Below, in pieces: positions 53,746-64,000 of a DNA stretch of 64,000 nt; position 1 is the first letter of the stretch, and the number at the start of each line of letters is the position of its first letter. The notes beneath the pieces were generated by a model. It searched no databases. It was not told where the DNA came from and worked only from the letters and a program-made list of their open reading frames with translations. The position numbers and the translations under genes are program-made. The stretch is from Chloropicon primus (lineage: Eukaryota): the NCBI GenBank assembly GCA_023205875.1, contig CP060773.1:62001-126000 (forward strand), given 5' to 3'.

Positions 53746-55262
53746 CACCAATCCTTTCACTCCCTTGGCTCAACACCTCCACTGCTTCCTCAACCAAGAC
53801 GCAAAACACGATGACTCAACCAGTCACCTGCTTGCTCAGCACCAACTCCATCCCTCGCCAGAGCAAAACTCTTTCCACGTGAGGAGAACAAAACAACGAG
53901 CGCCTGATGACAACCTTCTTCGTCACTTGAGAGACCTCGTGAAGACGTTTTCCGTTACGAAAGTTGAGCGTAACGCCTCCGTGTGGACCACCAAAGGTTC
54001 GATGATGAACGTCGTGGAGGTGTTGGGATCCTTCTTTTCCGACCTCGATCTCACGACAGAGAAAGATTGAAGGAGTGAGGAGCGAGATAATGGTAGATGA
54101 ATGATCAATGAATACCTCCCTCGCTTCTCTAGCCTCCTTCTCCCTTGACGCGAACGGTAGAGCAACCAGAGCAGCGACGTCTCCGCCTCCTGCGTCGCCC
54201 TTCTCCTCCACTGTTCTTGGCCAGGGCCTCGGCTGCTCCTGGAGGACGAGGCGAGGTGAGTGAAGGAAAGAGATGGAAAGAAAGAGAGAACAGGAGTCCA
54301 AGAGGGAGGACTCATCGGAAGAACTGTCTCTCGAGCTTTCGAATGACACCTCAATCGAAAGAAACTACGCTAGGTGGAGGATGTGGTGACTGAATGAAGT
54401 TTTTTTTTGACTTTTTCTGCACGACAGAGGTGAGTTGTGTCCGGTGTGGACGAGAGGATTGAGGAGTGACGGAGCGAGACAAGCGCGCGATGGCGTCATT
54501 ATGTCATCCTCTTTCGAAGGACGGATTCCTGTGGAGAGATTCGCCAGGGTGAAGAAGTTTGAGTCACTAAAGGGAGGGAGAACCTGTTCTGTGTTTTCTG
54601 TTTTGTTGGACTGGAAAGAGGACAGAGGTGGTTGTGCAGTGGCCCAGATGGCATGGATGGCATCCTTTGCTCCGCAGAAGGCTGGACGTGTCTAGCCTTG
54701 AGCGCACTGCTCTCCTCACTCTGCAGTTTTGGCTTGAGTTCCTCCGTGAAAGAGGCAGAGACCAGCAGGTGGCTTGTGCTGTTGAGGAGACCAAAGTACA
54801 CACTGAGTTTGCTCGGCAACTTTCTCTTTGGCTCAATCGTTTCAAACTACTGCCAAGCAAAAGGAAATTGCTTCCCACCTTTATCGACTGCGCAGGTAAG
54901 GATCAAAACCACACCGAGAGCGTGAGGTGAGGGGCGTCGTCGCCGTTGTCCTCTGCCACAGTCAAGGCAAAGGACCTCTCTTTCCTCCAAGCAGTTGCTG
55001 GCCGCGGGAGCACGCCGTTGCTTACAACGCTTTTTTGTTTCCGGAACTCGATTCGTTCTTGCTCTCTTTCCATTGGACGAGTAGCCTGCACTGAACGCCC
55101 TGGAGCTCGCGTTTTCTGCTGTGCTGTCCATGACAGTGACAAAGGAGGAAGGGAGGGACGCGAGAACGGTTTTGGGCGTGGTGCTGGTGGGCTTGGGAAT
55201 CTTCGTTCTGTTTTGATTCGATTCGGTAGACCCTTTGCGTTCCTTGGCCTCGGGCGGGCGCC

Positions 55263-58200
55263 ATGAGAAGCAAAGCATTCGCAGACGTCGGTGCCGCTTG
55301 CGCTTCCGTCCTGAGAAGCAGGAAGAGTAACAAAACCCTCTTGCCTTCTCTTGAGGATCTCAGCTTCGTGCTGAACTCCTCGGTGGACCACGGGACCATC
55401 GAAGTGTTCGACATGGTTTACCTTCCCCTCTCACTGGTCTTCAACGCGTCCATGGAAGAGAAGAGGGGCAGAGGCAATGGGGAAGGGGACATCTTAGCTG
55501 GTTTGCCCTCCGTGCAGAGAGAGAAAGTTACCCTCGCAGCCCTGGATTGCCTGGAAGGCTTGATCAGAATGCTCAGACAGAGCTTGAAGAAAAAGACTGT
55601 TGTCGGCGAGGGTATCGAGAAGTTCACGACCTCGATCCTGCTGTGGCTTTCTTACTTTCTGCAATATCATGCCAAGTTTTCCGAAGAAGTGAACATGAGA
55701 GTGGCAGAGATGCTCTGCTTCTGCTACAAGAACTTTTTGCCCCTGGCAATCAAATTCAAACAAACGAGTGCCGTGGAAGGGGACGGGGAGGAGCTCTTGA
55801 TGAGCCAAATCTTGCCGCACGTTGGTTGCCACATTGCTTTCACTCTGGATCAAGCCGAACACGTCTCCTCCAAAGGCGCGCAAGGAAGCAAGAAGCTAGT
55901 AAAGGATGTCCTCGTGGGTCTGAACACCATCATTGCTTACCTCGCCCAGGACCACCAAGTTCTTGCCTTCTTCTTGCCAGGAATCGTCTCGAAACTGAGC
56001 TTGCTTCTCCTGCAGGCTGTGGGAAAAAGCAAGAAGGCCATCTCCTTGGAGGCAGAAACGAGTCAATCCTTGAGGCAGTGCGTGACTGGTCCCATGGCGA
56101 GCAGCGGGTGCGTCGAGCAAGCGCTGGCCTGCCTGACATCGACCATCATTTTCTGCTTCAAATTTTATCAGAGCGAGGAGAATAGAGGCACGACGGAGGA
56201 GCACATTGACAATCTCCACAAGATCCTCTCAAACTCCCAGGGGCATGGCCAAGGAAAAGTCGCGAAGGAGAACAACACGGGGTCTGTGGCAAGAGACAGG
56301 AAGACCCCGGGCCAGTTTGTGGTCCACTGTGACCAGCAGTGGTACTCTGCAACTTTCCTGAAAGTAGAAGATTTGGCGAGACACTATCTTCCGGACCTGT
56401 GCGGCCACTCGTCCCATGTGGTGAGGAAGTGCATCATGGACACCATCTCAAAGGTGATGAAATCCTGCGCGCAATTTGAGATCTCAAGATCCTTTCTTGA
56501 GTGCGCGCTGGCCCTTGCACACGATGAGGAGGGCTTCATTTCTGAAAAGGCTTCTGAGCTCGTTTATGCGTTTGGGGAGAGATACAGGACGAACAAAAAG
56601 TTGCAATGGAGGCTCCTGGAACAAGTGGACACGCTCTTCATCGATTACGTGAGCAAGCTTGTCCCGGCCGCGAAGCACACGTCGTCTCTGGTGTTACTCG
56701 CAAAGAAATTATCTTCCCTGCTGTGCCTTGGCAAGGGGATGTACATCATGCACTTGTACAAGGAGAAGCTGGACCACCTCACCAACTTCATTGACGCTTT
56801 GCGGCAATGTTTCTCCTTCGACGTGCTGAAGACCATGGAGAGCGGGGGACCTCTCATCTGGATGAAGAATCCACATCGTGGAGAGGGGCACAACTTGCTT
56901 GGAGAGGCCGCTGCCGTCCTGCCGAGGATGCAGTCGAACTTTGCTTTCTTGCACACGCTCGAGGACTACCATGCGGCAGCCATGGTCTGCAGAACACTTG
57001 GCATCATTTCACTCACAGCGCAGTTGACGAGCAACGTGCCAGTCTTTGATTACATTGTCCGGCACTACCTGACGCTGTTCGAGAGTCCTGAAAAGGAGAG
57101 CCACTCCTGGTTTCTGAGGGCCATGTCCTTCTGCACCATGATGAGTGAAACGATTGTTGGCTGTGACGAGAAAAGCAGGGATGACGCTGGACTCCAGCCC
57201 AGCGCAGCCATAGAGGCCACCAGGGCGCGACAAAGAGAGTACGTCTCCTCAGCAATATCTTTGATGATAGAAGAGCAATCCTCTGAAACAATGTGGGCCA
57301 GCATTTTGGTGGGGAGCCACTCAAGGTCCACGCAGCTCGCGTGCGTTTTCCTGGAATCTTTTGGCGCATTCGCAAGAGTCCTTGGCCCTCCATTCACAGA
57401 GAAATATGAGTTCTTGCCCACGGCGCTCTTTGCTCTGCTGGAAAAGTTCGGAGATGACCGGAACATGAAAGTCCAGACCTCGGCAGAACTTTCGCTGCGC
57501 TGCATTTGCTGTCATTGCAACTACTCGTCCATACCTGACCTCCTGTTCAAAAACAGCGATTACTTGATAGACACGCTCGTGATTCGACTGATGCACTTGG
57601 AGTTGTATCCGGAGACCACGAGGCTGTTCAAAGCAGTAGTGAGTGTTGTCCAGAGCTCGGACAACAACTTTCTGGCATTTGTGAACTTGATCCGAGAGCC
57701 GTTTCAAATGATTGCCCAAAACATGTCGGTGTACGCAAGGCACCTCTACTCGGGCCACGTCGCGAATTACGTCGGCATTCTCAGGTTGCTGTCGGACGTG
57801 TGCCACCAGGGGGCAAAAGCGATGGCTCTGGGAGTTGGCCTGCTGGACGACCGAAAGGATGACGAAGACGAGCCCTATGATCGCGATAACGACGAGGGCT
57901 ACGAAGAGATTGCGCTTTTCATTTCGGAGACCTCTGCATCGATTGCGTTGCAGTGCTCTGAGCTCCTGCACTCGGAACAGTTTTACTGGGAGCTGCTTGG
58001 CGCCATTGAATCCAGTGTCTCCGCCCTGGCCATCTGCCAGAGCCTTCCGGAAAAGGAGGGGAAGGACAAATTCGAGTTGACTCAAGCTGAGCAGGGTAGC
58101 ACCAGATCAAACCTTTTCCCTACGATCGCAAGCATATGGCCGCAGTTGATGACCGCCGTCAACCGCAACAGTAAGCTTAGAAACAGGTGCTTGAAAACCC

Positions 58201-58604
58201 TTTCGAGCGTCGTCAATTGCGGCGGGAAGTTCCTCATGTCAAGGGTGACCAAAGAATTATGGCCTTGCTTGGATGCCCTGTGGAGGCACGGGCCTTCCCA
58301 GGCAAAATATGCGGCCTTGGAAGCTTTTTCTGCGATCTGCGATTCGAAGGTCGGGAGGACTGCCCTGGCCCAGTTCACAAGCCTGAGATGTGCAAAGACG
58401 CTCACTTCCCTTTTGAAGAAGCAGAGAGAGAAGAGCGACGACGCAAAGTTGCTCGAAAGTTTAGTGGTTGCCCTCTCGAAGCTGAAGGAGGTCGACGCGG
58501 ACGCAGTCTTCGGATTTCTGTTGTGTTTGGACACCACGCCGCCCTTGTCGGAAGCGCCGTCGCCCAGGCGATTTGAAGTCCTAGAAGCATCCATCGCGTT
58601 GTAA
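55263..58604 (+). CDS. TTI1: TELO2-interacting protein 1 (TTT complex) ARM/HEAT protein
   Basis: LAFFLPGIVSKL, LLFKNSDYLIDTL..L..LELYP and GGKFLMSRV..ELWP in an 1113-aa helical-repeat ORF. Confidence 0.8.
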   Translation: MRSKAFADVGAACASVLRSRKSNKTLLPSLEDLSFVLNSSVDHGTIEVFDMVYLPLSLVFNASMEEKRGRGNGEGDILAGLPSVQREKVTLAALDCLEGLIRMLRQSLKKKTVVGEGIEKFTTSILLWLSYFLQYHAKFSEEVNMRVAEMLCFCYKNFLPLAIKFKQTSAVEGDGEELLMSQILPHVGCHIAFTLDQAEHVSSKGAQGSKKLVKDVLVGLNTIIAYLAQDHQVLAFFLPGIVSKLSLLLLQAVGKSKKAISLEAETSQSLRQCVTGPMASSGCVEQALACLTSTIIFCFKFYQSEENRGTTEEHIDNLHKILSNSQGHGQGKVAKENNTGSVARDRKTPGQFVVHCDQQWYSATFLKVEDLARHYLPDLCGHSSHVVRKCIMDTISKVMKSCAQFEISRSFLECALALAHDEEGFISEKASELVYAFGERYRTNKKLQWRLLEQVDTLFIDYVSKLVPAAKHTSSLVLLAKKLSSLLCLGKGMYIMHLYKEKLDHLTNFIDALRQCFSFDVLKTMESGGPLIWMKNPHRGEGHNLLGEAAAVLPRMQSNFAFLHTLEDYHAAAMVCRTLGIISLTAQLTSNVPVFDYIVRHYLTLFESPEKESHSWFLRAMSFCTMMSETIVGCDEKSRDDAGLQPSAAIEATRARQREYVSSAISLMIEEQSSETMWASILVGSHSRSTQLACVFLESFGAFARVLGPPFTEKYEFLPTALFALLEKFGDDRNMKVQTSAELSLRCICCHCNYSSIPDLLFKNSDYLIDTLVIRLMHLELYPETTRLFKAVVSVVQSSDNNFLAFVNLIREPFQMIAQNMSVYARHLYSGHVANYVGILRLLSDVCHQGAKAMALGVGLLDDRKDDEDEPYDRDNDEGYEEIALFISETSASIALQCSELLHSEQFYWELLGAIESSVSALAICQSLPEKEGKDKFELTQAEQGSTRSNLFPTIASIWPQLMTAVNRNSKLRNRCLKTLSSVVNCGGKFLMSRVTKELWPCLDALWRHGPSQAKYAALEAFSAICDSKVGRTALAQFTSLRCAKTLTSLLKKQREKSDDAKLLESLVVALSKLKEVDADAVFGFLLCLDTTPPLSEAPSPRRFEVLEASIAL

Positions 58605-58737
58605 AAAAACATATATGTATTAATAAAGAAGTCAACAAGTACTGTACAAGATATCTTTCCCCTCCCCAATCATAAGCCCAGCAGGCAACGACCCAAGAAC
58701 ACGGGCGGCGTGCTCCCAATCATCTGCGTCTCTCACA

Positions 58738-59571
58738 TCAGTCAATCCTAGAGCTGCTCATCATGGTTTTCTTGATGAGCGGCGACTTCTCGTGCTTTGG
58801 ACTGCCCGGCTGAAAGTTTGTTTGCCCCTGGAGCAAGTTTACTTCCGCTCCGCTGCCAGAACCGGGGCCATCCTTCTCCTTGACGGTGGAGAACTTGATG
58901 AAGCTATCCGTGACCCAGAACTGCAGAGCATTGAGGCAAGTTGGAATCAAAAGCATGACAACGAGAAGCTCCACTGTTGAGCTCGTGCCGCTGTGACACC
59001 GCACCCCCGCAAGCAAGTTCGCGCTCATCAGAAGCAAGTTGTTCGCTTGCGAGAGGATGAGAATGCAAAGGATCATTTTCCCACACGCCACAACCCCAAG
59101 CCAGGCCATCGTTTGCGCGCCAATTCTCTTCAGGGAGAGATTCTCCCTCGAGTTCGATGATGCCGAGCCCCCTTCCTCGATGTCCTTGTCCTTGTAGTCC
59201 CCAAAGCCTTGGATCAAAGTCCACTTCCTTCGCTCGGCCAAACTCTTGAGAGCCTTGAGCACGCAGTAATTCAGTGGAACTCCGAGGAACACGTCGATCA
59301 TGAAGTTAAGGAAGTACCACAGGCACTCCTCATCGCCGCAGCTGTCGACCGGCTTGATCAAGTTGGCAAAAGTCGCAGAGAGTGCCAAGTTGATGAAATG
59401 GACGCCAATATTCCCTGCCACCTGCTTTATGGAGTCCAAGACGAGCGTTACGAACGTTCTCCTCGGCTTTTCGTTGTACCACTTCCACAGCAGAGGCATC
59501 CCGGCTGTGAAGAACAGGATGCCTTGCACGAACCAGCCAAACGCTCCGAAGAGGCTGCACTTGCCTGCCAT
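58738..59571 (-). CDS. STIMATE/TMEM110-like (vacuolar membrane protein family) multi-pass protein
   Basis: CSLFGAFGWFVQG, EKPRR...DSIKQ, HFINL, CLWYFLNFMIDVFLG and LNALQFWVTDSFIK. ATG at 59571. Confidence 0.85.
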   Translation of the reverse strand: MAGKCSLFGAFGWFVQGILFFTAGMPLLWKWYNEKPRRTFVTLVLDSIKQVAGNIGVHFINLALSATFANLIKPVDSCGDEECLWYFLNFMIDVFLGVPLNYCVLKALKSLAERRKWTLIQGFGDYKDKDIEEGGSASSNSRENLSLKRIGAQTMAWLGVVACGKMILCILILSQANNLLLMSANLLAGVRCHSGTSSTVELLVVMLLIPTCLNALQFWVTDSFIKFSTVKEKDGPGSGSGAEVNLLQGQTNFQPGSPKHEKSPLIKKTMMSSSRID

Positions 59572-60876
59572 ACTTTCTTTCCTTGCCTCACAACAAAACA
59601 AAGACTGGTAGCCGAGGCGAGACTTGTTCTTCCTCCAAAGCCCGTATCTCGAAAGGCTTGATCCACCGCAAGCTTCCAGCGAGGAGATCAGCTCCGAAGT
59701 CTTTCCAACTCGAGGCGAGGCCCAAGTATTCGAAGCCACAACAAACCGAGACCTTGGGGTGGTCAAGTCACGTTGTGCTATCTCCCAGAGCGCTCCGAGC
59801 ACCAAACTCTGCAACCAGGGTACCGATGGAACGATCTTTCGATGATCTATCGAATGGTATCAACCTCGTTCTCGAACTTGACAGCTTTCGTGCCTAAATG
59901 TCGCGATCAACCACTCAATGTCCCCCACCCCGGGCCCCTCACAAACACAGAGAAGTGTCCCCGTCAGTGACGGCAAAGCCTCGCGCGTACATTTCAGTGT
60001 ACTACGCCGACATCTTGGCTTTACTTACGGAAATACGATTATCGTACACCCCGTCGCCGTTCCTCTCGTGGCGTTACTTTTCCATGGGAACCCATCGTTG
60101 ACTTTCCCGGCTCCCTCTGTCCCCCCTGTGACGTTACTCTTAGTCCATTTCAGACCACTGTGGTTTCCTTTGTTCTGTGGGTGACGTTTGTTCGACAGGG
60201 TGGCCCGGAAGGGGGGAAGCACAGGGTGCACAGGGCGCCACAACAAGCCGTGCCAAGCCAGAGAGCCACGAGGAGTCACGAGAGAGGCATCGTTTTGTTG
60301 CATTAGAGTGTGTCTCTCTTTGATTCCTTTTTGCTCTTTTATTTTTTTGCCTTTACTTTTGGTTCCAGCCGGTCAACGCTTTGGGTTGTGCCTTGGCAAA
60401 AACTGCAGGGAGGTCTTGACAAACCTTTTCCCTTTCCCATTCCCATTCCCATTCCCTTGGCTTGGCTTGGCAGAGTGGACAGAGAGAGGCATCGTGGTGG
60501 AGTGTTGTGCCATCGCATCATCCAAAGGGATTCACAACATCTTGCCATAAGTCATCCCTGCCTGCTGTGTCAGTGGAGTGGAGTCAACAGGACAACAACC
60601 CATTCCATTCAATTCCATTCCATTCCATCGGATTGCATTGCATTGGTTTGACACACACACACACACAGAGCCTTGTGTGGACGAAGGTTTTAACGCCAAA
60701 TCAAGCGTTACATTGAGACGCTCGCTCCTTTCACAAACTTGTTCAAAGGTGAAGTGAAAGGAAAGTTGATTCCATCACCAATCCTCATCAATCCATCCAC
60801 AAGAACATCATCAACATCAACATCCTTATCATTCAACATTCATCATCTTTATCTTTTGGATTGGTTTTAGGAAAGG

Positions 60877-61770
60877 ATGACGACTCTGTTGACGACGATA
60901 AAGCATGTGAGCAGCGATTCGTTGCGTGATGGGACGGGGATGAGCTCCGCTGGAGGGGTGAACAAGCTAGGAGCAACGTTGCCTTTTCCCGGTACCGCGA
61001 TAGCGGCGAGCTACAACTTCAAGGTGGACGACCAAGCGCTCCCTCAGCGGACGATGCCCGAAAGGGCTAGAAGGGCAAGGAAGGAGGTGAAGAAGAGGTT
61101 CCAGCATGGACCCCTTCATGTGAAGGATAGGGATTGGGCCAACAGTACCTATGTTGATGGGAGCAAGTTTAGTAAGAAGTTCTCGTCTAACTTGTTGAGC
61201 AACTCGGCGGCACCATTCAACGTGACAGCGATTGATCACTTGGAAGCTCAAGCCAGCACAGTGATTAACTATGGAGGAAGCAGGTCCATCGTGTTCAGCA
61301 AGAGTTTGCTTCACATGAAGTGGAACAATGCTAGCAAGATTGATAGGAACTCTATCGAGGAGTCCCTTAATGCCAAGACGGAGAAGGCTTTGGAGAACAC
61401 AAGCAGAAAGTGTCAGCAACTCAAGTCGTATGACACGCCGTGGGATGCTGAGCAAAAGTTCATGGACACGATAAGGGAGGAGAAGATCTCGAAAAAGAAG
61501 GAGAGGGAAGAGATGGAAGCCACGTACGGCAGCGAGGCCTTGGCTTACGTTGACCTCCTGGAGGAGAGAAAGAGGTTCTTGGAGGCCCGAGTGAATCGTA
61601 AGCCGGTGCTGATTGCCACGCAGAGCCACTTGAAGAGCCCAAAGATTAGCACGCTCAAGGGGAGGACGCTCCAAAAGTATAAGAACAACATAAGCGACGT
61701 GGAGGCGCTCGACAATTGGGAAGAAGACAAGAGAAGCCTGTTGATCAAGCAGAAGGATGAGGACGCGTAG
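60877..61770 (+). CDS. Uncharacterised basic protein (297 aa)
   Basis: ATG-initiated ORF directly after a pyrimidine-rich TTTTAG acceptor-like site; no recognised domain. Confidence 0.72.
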   Translation: MTTLLTTIKHVSSDSLRDGTGMSSAGGVNKLGATLPFPGTAIAASYNFKVDDQALPQRTMPERARRARKEVKKRFQHGPLHVKDRDWANSTYVDGSKFSKKFSSNLLSNSAAPFNVTAIDHLEAQASTVINYGGSRSIVFSKSLLHMKWNNASKIDRNSIEESLNAKTEKALENTSRKCQQLKSYDTPWDAEQKFMDTIREEKISKKKEREEMEATYGSEALAYVDLLEERKRFLEARVNRKPVLIATQSHLKSPKISTLKGRTLQKYKNNISDVEALDNWEEDKRSLLIKQKDEDA

Positions 61771-61935
61771 CGGTGGACCAAGAAAACACGACCCGCGTTT
61801 GGTTTTCCGGGTGAATCGAATGCGAAGCTCTCTCTGAGTGTGAGGTGTTGTTGTTGTAAAGTTAGTTAGAATTACAAATTGTTTCTTTTGTTCGTTGTTC
61901 GTTGTTGTGTCCGGGCCCGTTCCTCGTCCTCAACC

Positions 61936-62950
61936 TCAACACAGGATGGGCATGTCTGGAATGTCTGCCAGAGGCAAAGGGGCTTTGGGGAACTCCTTCA
62001 CGGCGCCCTGGACCTTGCCGCCCGCTCCGCAGTGGTCCCTCGCCATCTGGACGAACAGAGCGTGCCACCTGATATCCGAAGTCAACTCCGGGTGGAAGGC
62101 TGTCACTAGGATATGATTCTGCTTGGCGGCCACCGCGACTCGGCTCACGGTTTGACCTTCTCCCAGGCTCGCGGGCTCGTCCAGACGGAGGATCGAGATG
62201 TACTCGACCTCTCCCTTTCCCTTTTCTTGCTCCTCGTTGTCGCTCATGATGATGGCGGGCGCTCGGATGAAGACAGCACGGAACGTGTCGCCGCCGTGAA
62301 CCTTGGAGTTGATCTCATCAAAGTGACTTCCAGGCGTCGCCATGGACGTCTCAAAGGAGTGAACCTGGTTCCCAAAAAAGTTTCTGTTCACGGTGATGTC
62401 CATGTTCCCGATAAGGAGCTGCCCGCCCTCCTTGCTGCCTTGGATTGACTTGGCAAGGAAGATCATCCCAGCGCAAGTGCCCCACACGGGCCTCGTCGAG
62501 CAAAAGTCCCTTAGAGGTTCAAGCAAGTCATTCGTTTTGCAGATGTGAGCCATGCAAGTCGACTCCCCACCCGGTATGACTAGAGCATCGCAGCAATCGA
62601 GCTCCTCCGCGGTGCGCACCTCCACAACCTCAAGCTGCAGAGACAGAGACCGACAAGTCCCCGTCGTCGTCGTCGTCGTCAACGTCGTCGACCGCGAGGA
62701 AGAACAACACCAACTCGTGTGTCAGAATGAGAATGAAGAAAATAATCCAAATCGGAACCGCATCGAGCAACAGCACAAGCATTCTGGCAAAACGATTCTC
62801 GACATTGCTTCGTTTCACCGTTTGTTGTGCTGGGTTTCCCATGGTGACTGACTGACGTACCTCCTTTTCGGCGAGAGCTACTCCTGCCTTCTTCAAGTGC
62901 GAGATGTGTTCGGCGAATCCGCCCTGTATCGCGAGAACCCCGACCCTCAT
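61936..62950 (-). CDS. PDX2: Pyridoxal 5'-phosphate synthase glutaminase subunit; exons 62950-62861, 62634-61936
   Basis: VGVLAIQGGFAEH, IPGGEST, WGTCAGMI, RNFFGNQ, VFIRAP and AFHPELT. Intron 62860-62635 (GTACGT...CAG) is in phase 0. Confidence 0.95.
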
Positions 62951-63248
62951 GCTTTCCCTCCCGTCTCCCTGTCACGACCAAAACTTAAGACAAACCCAAT
63001 CACAAAAGCAACAACACCATTCACCAACAACCTTACGTCAGTGTTTGCCATCCTCACCAGTGGACCAAAACGTTCGAATGAGGGCTCGATCGAGAGAGGA
63101 AGAGGTGAAGGTTTCGGCCGTGCCTCACCCCGTGGCCTCACCTCTCGTCCTTCTGGCCTAAAACTGGCTCAAACACTCACCTTTCTGCTCGAGTCCTCCT
63201 CCTCTCCTAAAGATACGATAACGTCATCCAAAGTTTGTGGCTCTCGTC

Positions 63249-63413
63249 AATCCAACAGCAGCAGCAGAATGGAGGGAGGAAGGAGGAAGGAGGAGAGAGG
63301 AGGGGCGATGCATGCTGGTGGCACGGTGGGATCATCACCAGTGCTTTGCTCCCTTCTTCGTGCTCTTTCCAAAGACCTTTCACTTGCCTTGCTGGACAAA
63401 CGGAGGAGGAAGG
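63249..63413 (-). repeat. Dispersed ~165-bp element, copy 2 (upstream of PDX2)
   Basis: Near-identical to 47705-47876. The donor reads CAAG|GCAAGT at 63387; TTTAG acceptor at 63207. Confidence 0.9.
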
Positions 63414-63726
63414 AGACGGAGAGGGAGGATGGTGATGGTGTTGCCTGGCCTTCCTTCCTTCGGAGTGGGAACAACGACGAAAAAGGTGACAAAAAATCTA
63501 TTAATAGTCTAATAATATCTTCCTACTCGCTGTATATCATGCCACTACTCAAACCATGGACATTTTGTGGCGTAGGAGCAAAAAAAAAACAAAATGAGAA
63601 AACTCTCTCTCCTTCTCTCCCTTCCCCTCCCTTCCTTTCCTCTCCCTTTCTCTCCCTTGGTGTATATATGTAGCATCTATCTAAGCAAGCACGATGGTTT
63701 GGTTTCGTTCTCTTTCTCTTTCTCTT

Positions 63727-64000
63727 TCACGGGTCCGTCGTCGTAACGTCTCGCGAAGCGTGAAGCGCTTTGTACGTTGTCGACTGAGGGGGCCAAGCGA
63801 GGTCGTGAGCCTCCAAGAGACTGGCCAGAGCTGGCATGGGGTCGAACGAGCCCTCACGAATCTCTTTCGAGAGCTCTTCCATGCCAGCTGCCAAGGTCTT
63901 CCACGTGTGCCTCCAGAAACCCAAGCCGATGAGCCACGTGGCGATCGAGTCCACATTCTCGTAGATGCTGTACCCTTCGCCCCTGTCCAAAGCCAGGAGG
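63727..64000 (-). CDS. 3' end of a gene truncated by the window edge
   Basis: Open frame running in from the window end (...YENVDSIATWLIGLGFWRHTW...) with typical codon bias. Confidence 0.6.
   Translation of the reverse strand, partial: LLALDRGEGYSIYENVDSIATWLIGLGFWRHTWKTLAAGMEELSKEIREGSFDPMPALASLLEAHDLAWPPQSTTYKALHASRDVTTTDP

Noticed and set aside
53760..55260. Short ORFs between CWF19L2 and TTI1
   Set aside because: No domain or consistent exon model could be built; the region is more likely promoter and 5'-UTR intron sequence.

Overview
Gene-dense, GC-rich eukaryotic nuclear DNA with short GT-AG introns (GTRAG donors, CTRAC/CTAAC branch points), abundant (GA)n/(CTT)n microsatellites and nuclear-encoded plastid proteins (PsbR, starch synthase, ClpF, IspD). 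This points to a compact green algal genome; a picoplanktonic, Chloropicon-like chlorophyte is an inference, not a determination. About 30 protein-coding genes are supported, 11 with hand-checked exon joins. No rRNA, tRNA, CRISPR or intact transposon was recognised. The most notable unexplained signals are non-coding. (1) A 24-bp palindromic TCGA-N12-TCGA element sits in most divergent promoters. (2) A near-identical ~170-bp element, apparently a 5'-UTR intron with a hairpin and upstream ATG, lies upstream of both ispD and PDX2. (3) Short direct repeats in three promoters are spaced 176-178 bp apart. (4) There is an AT-rich island at about 23.9-25.5 kb. (5) There is a 194-bp tandem repeat. All functional calls are from motif recognition by eye; no database searches were run.
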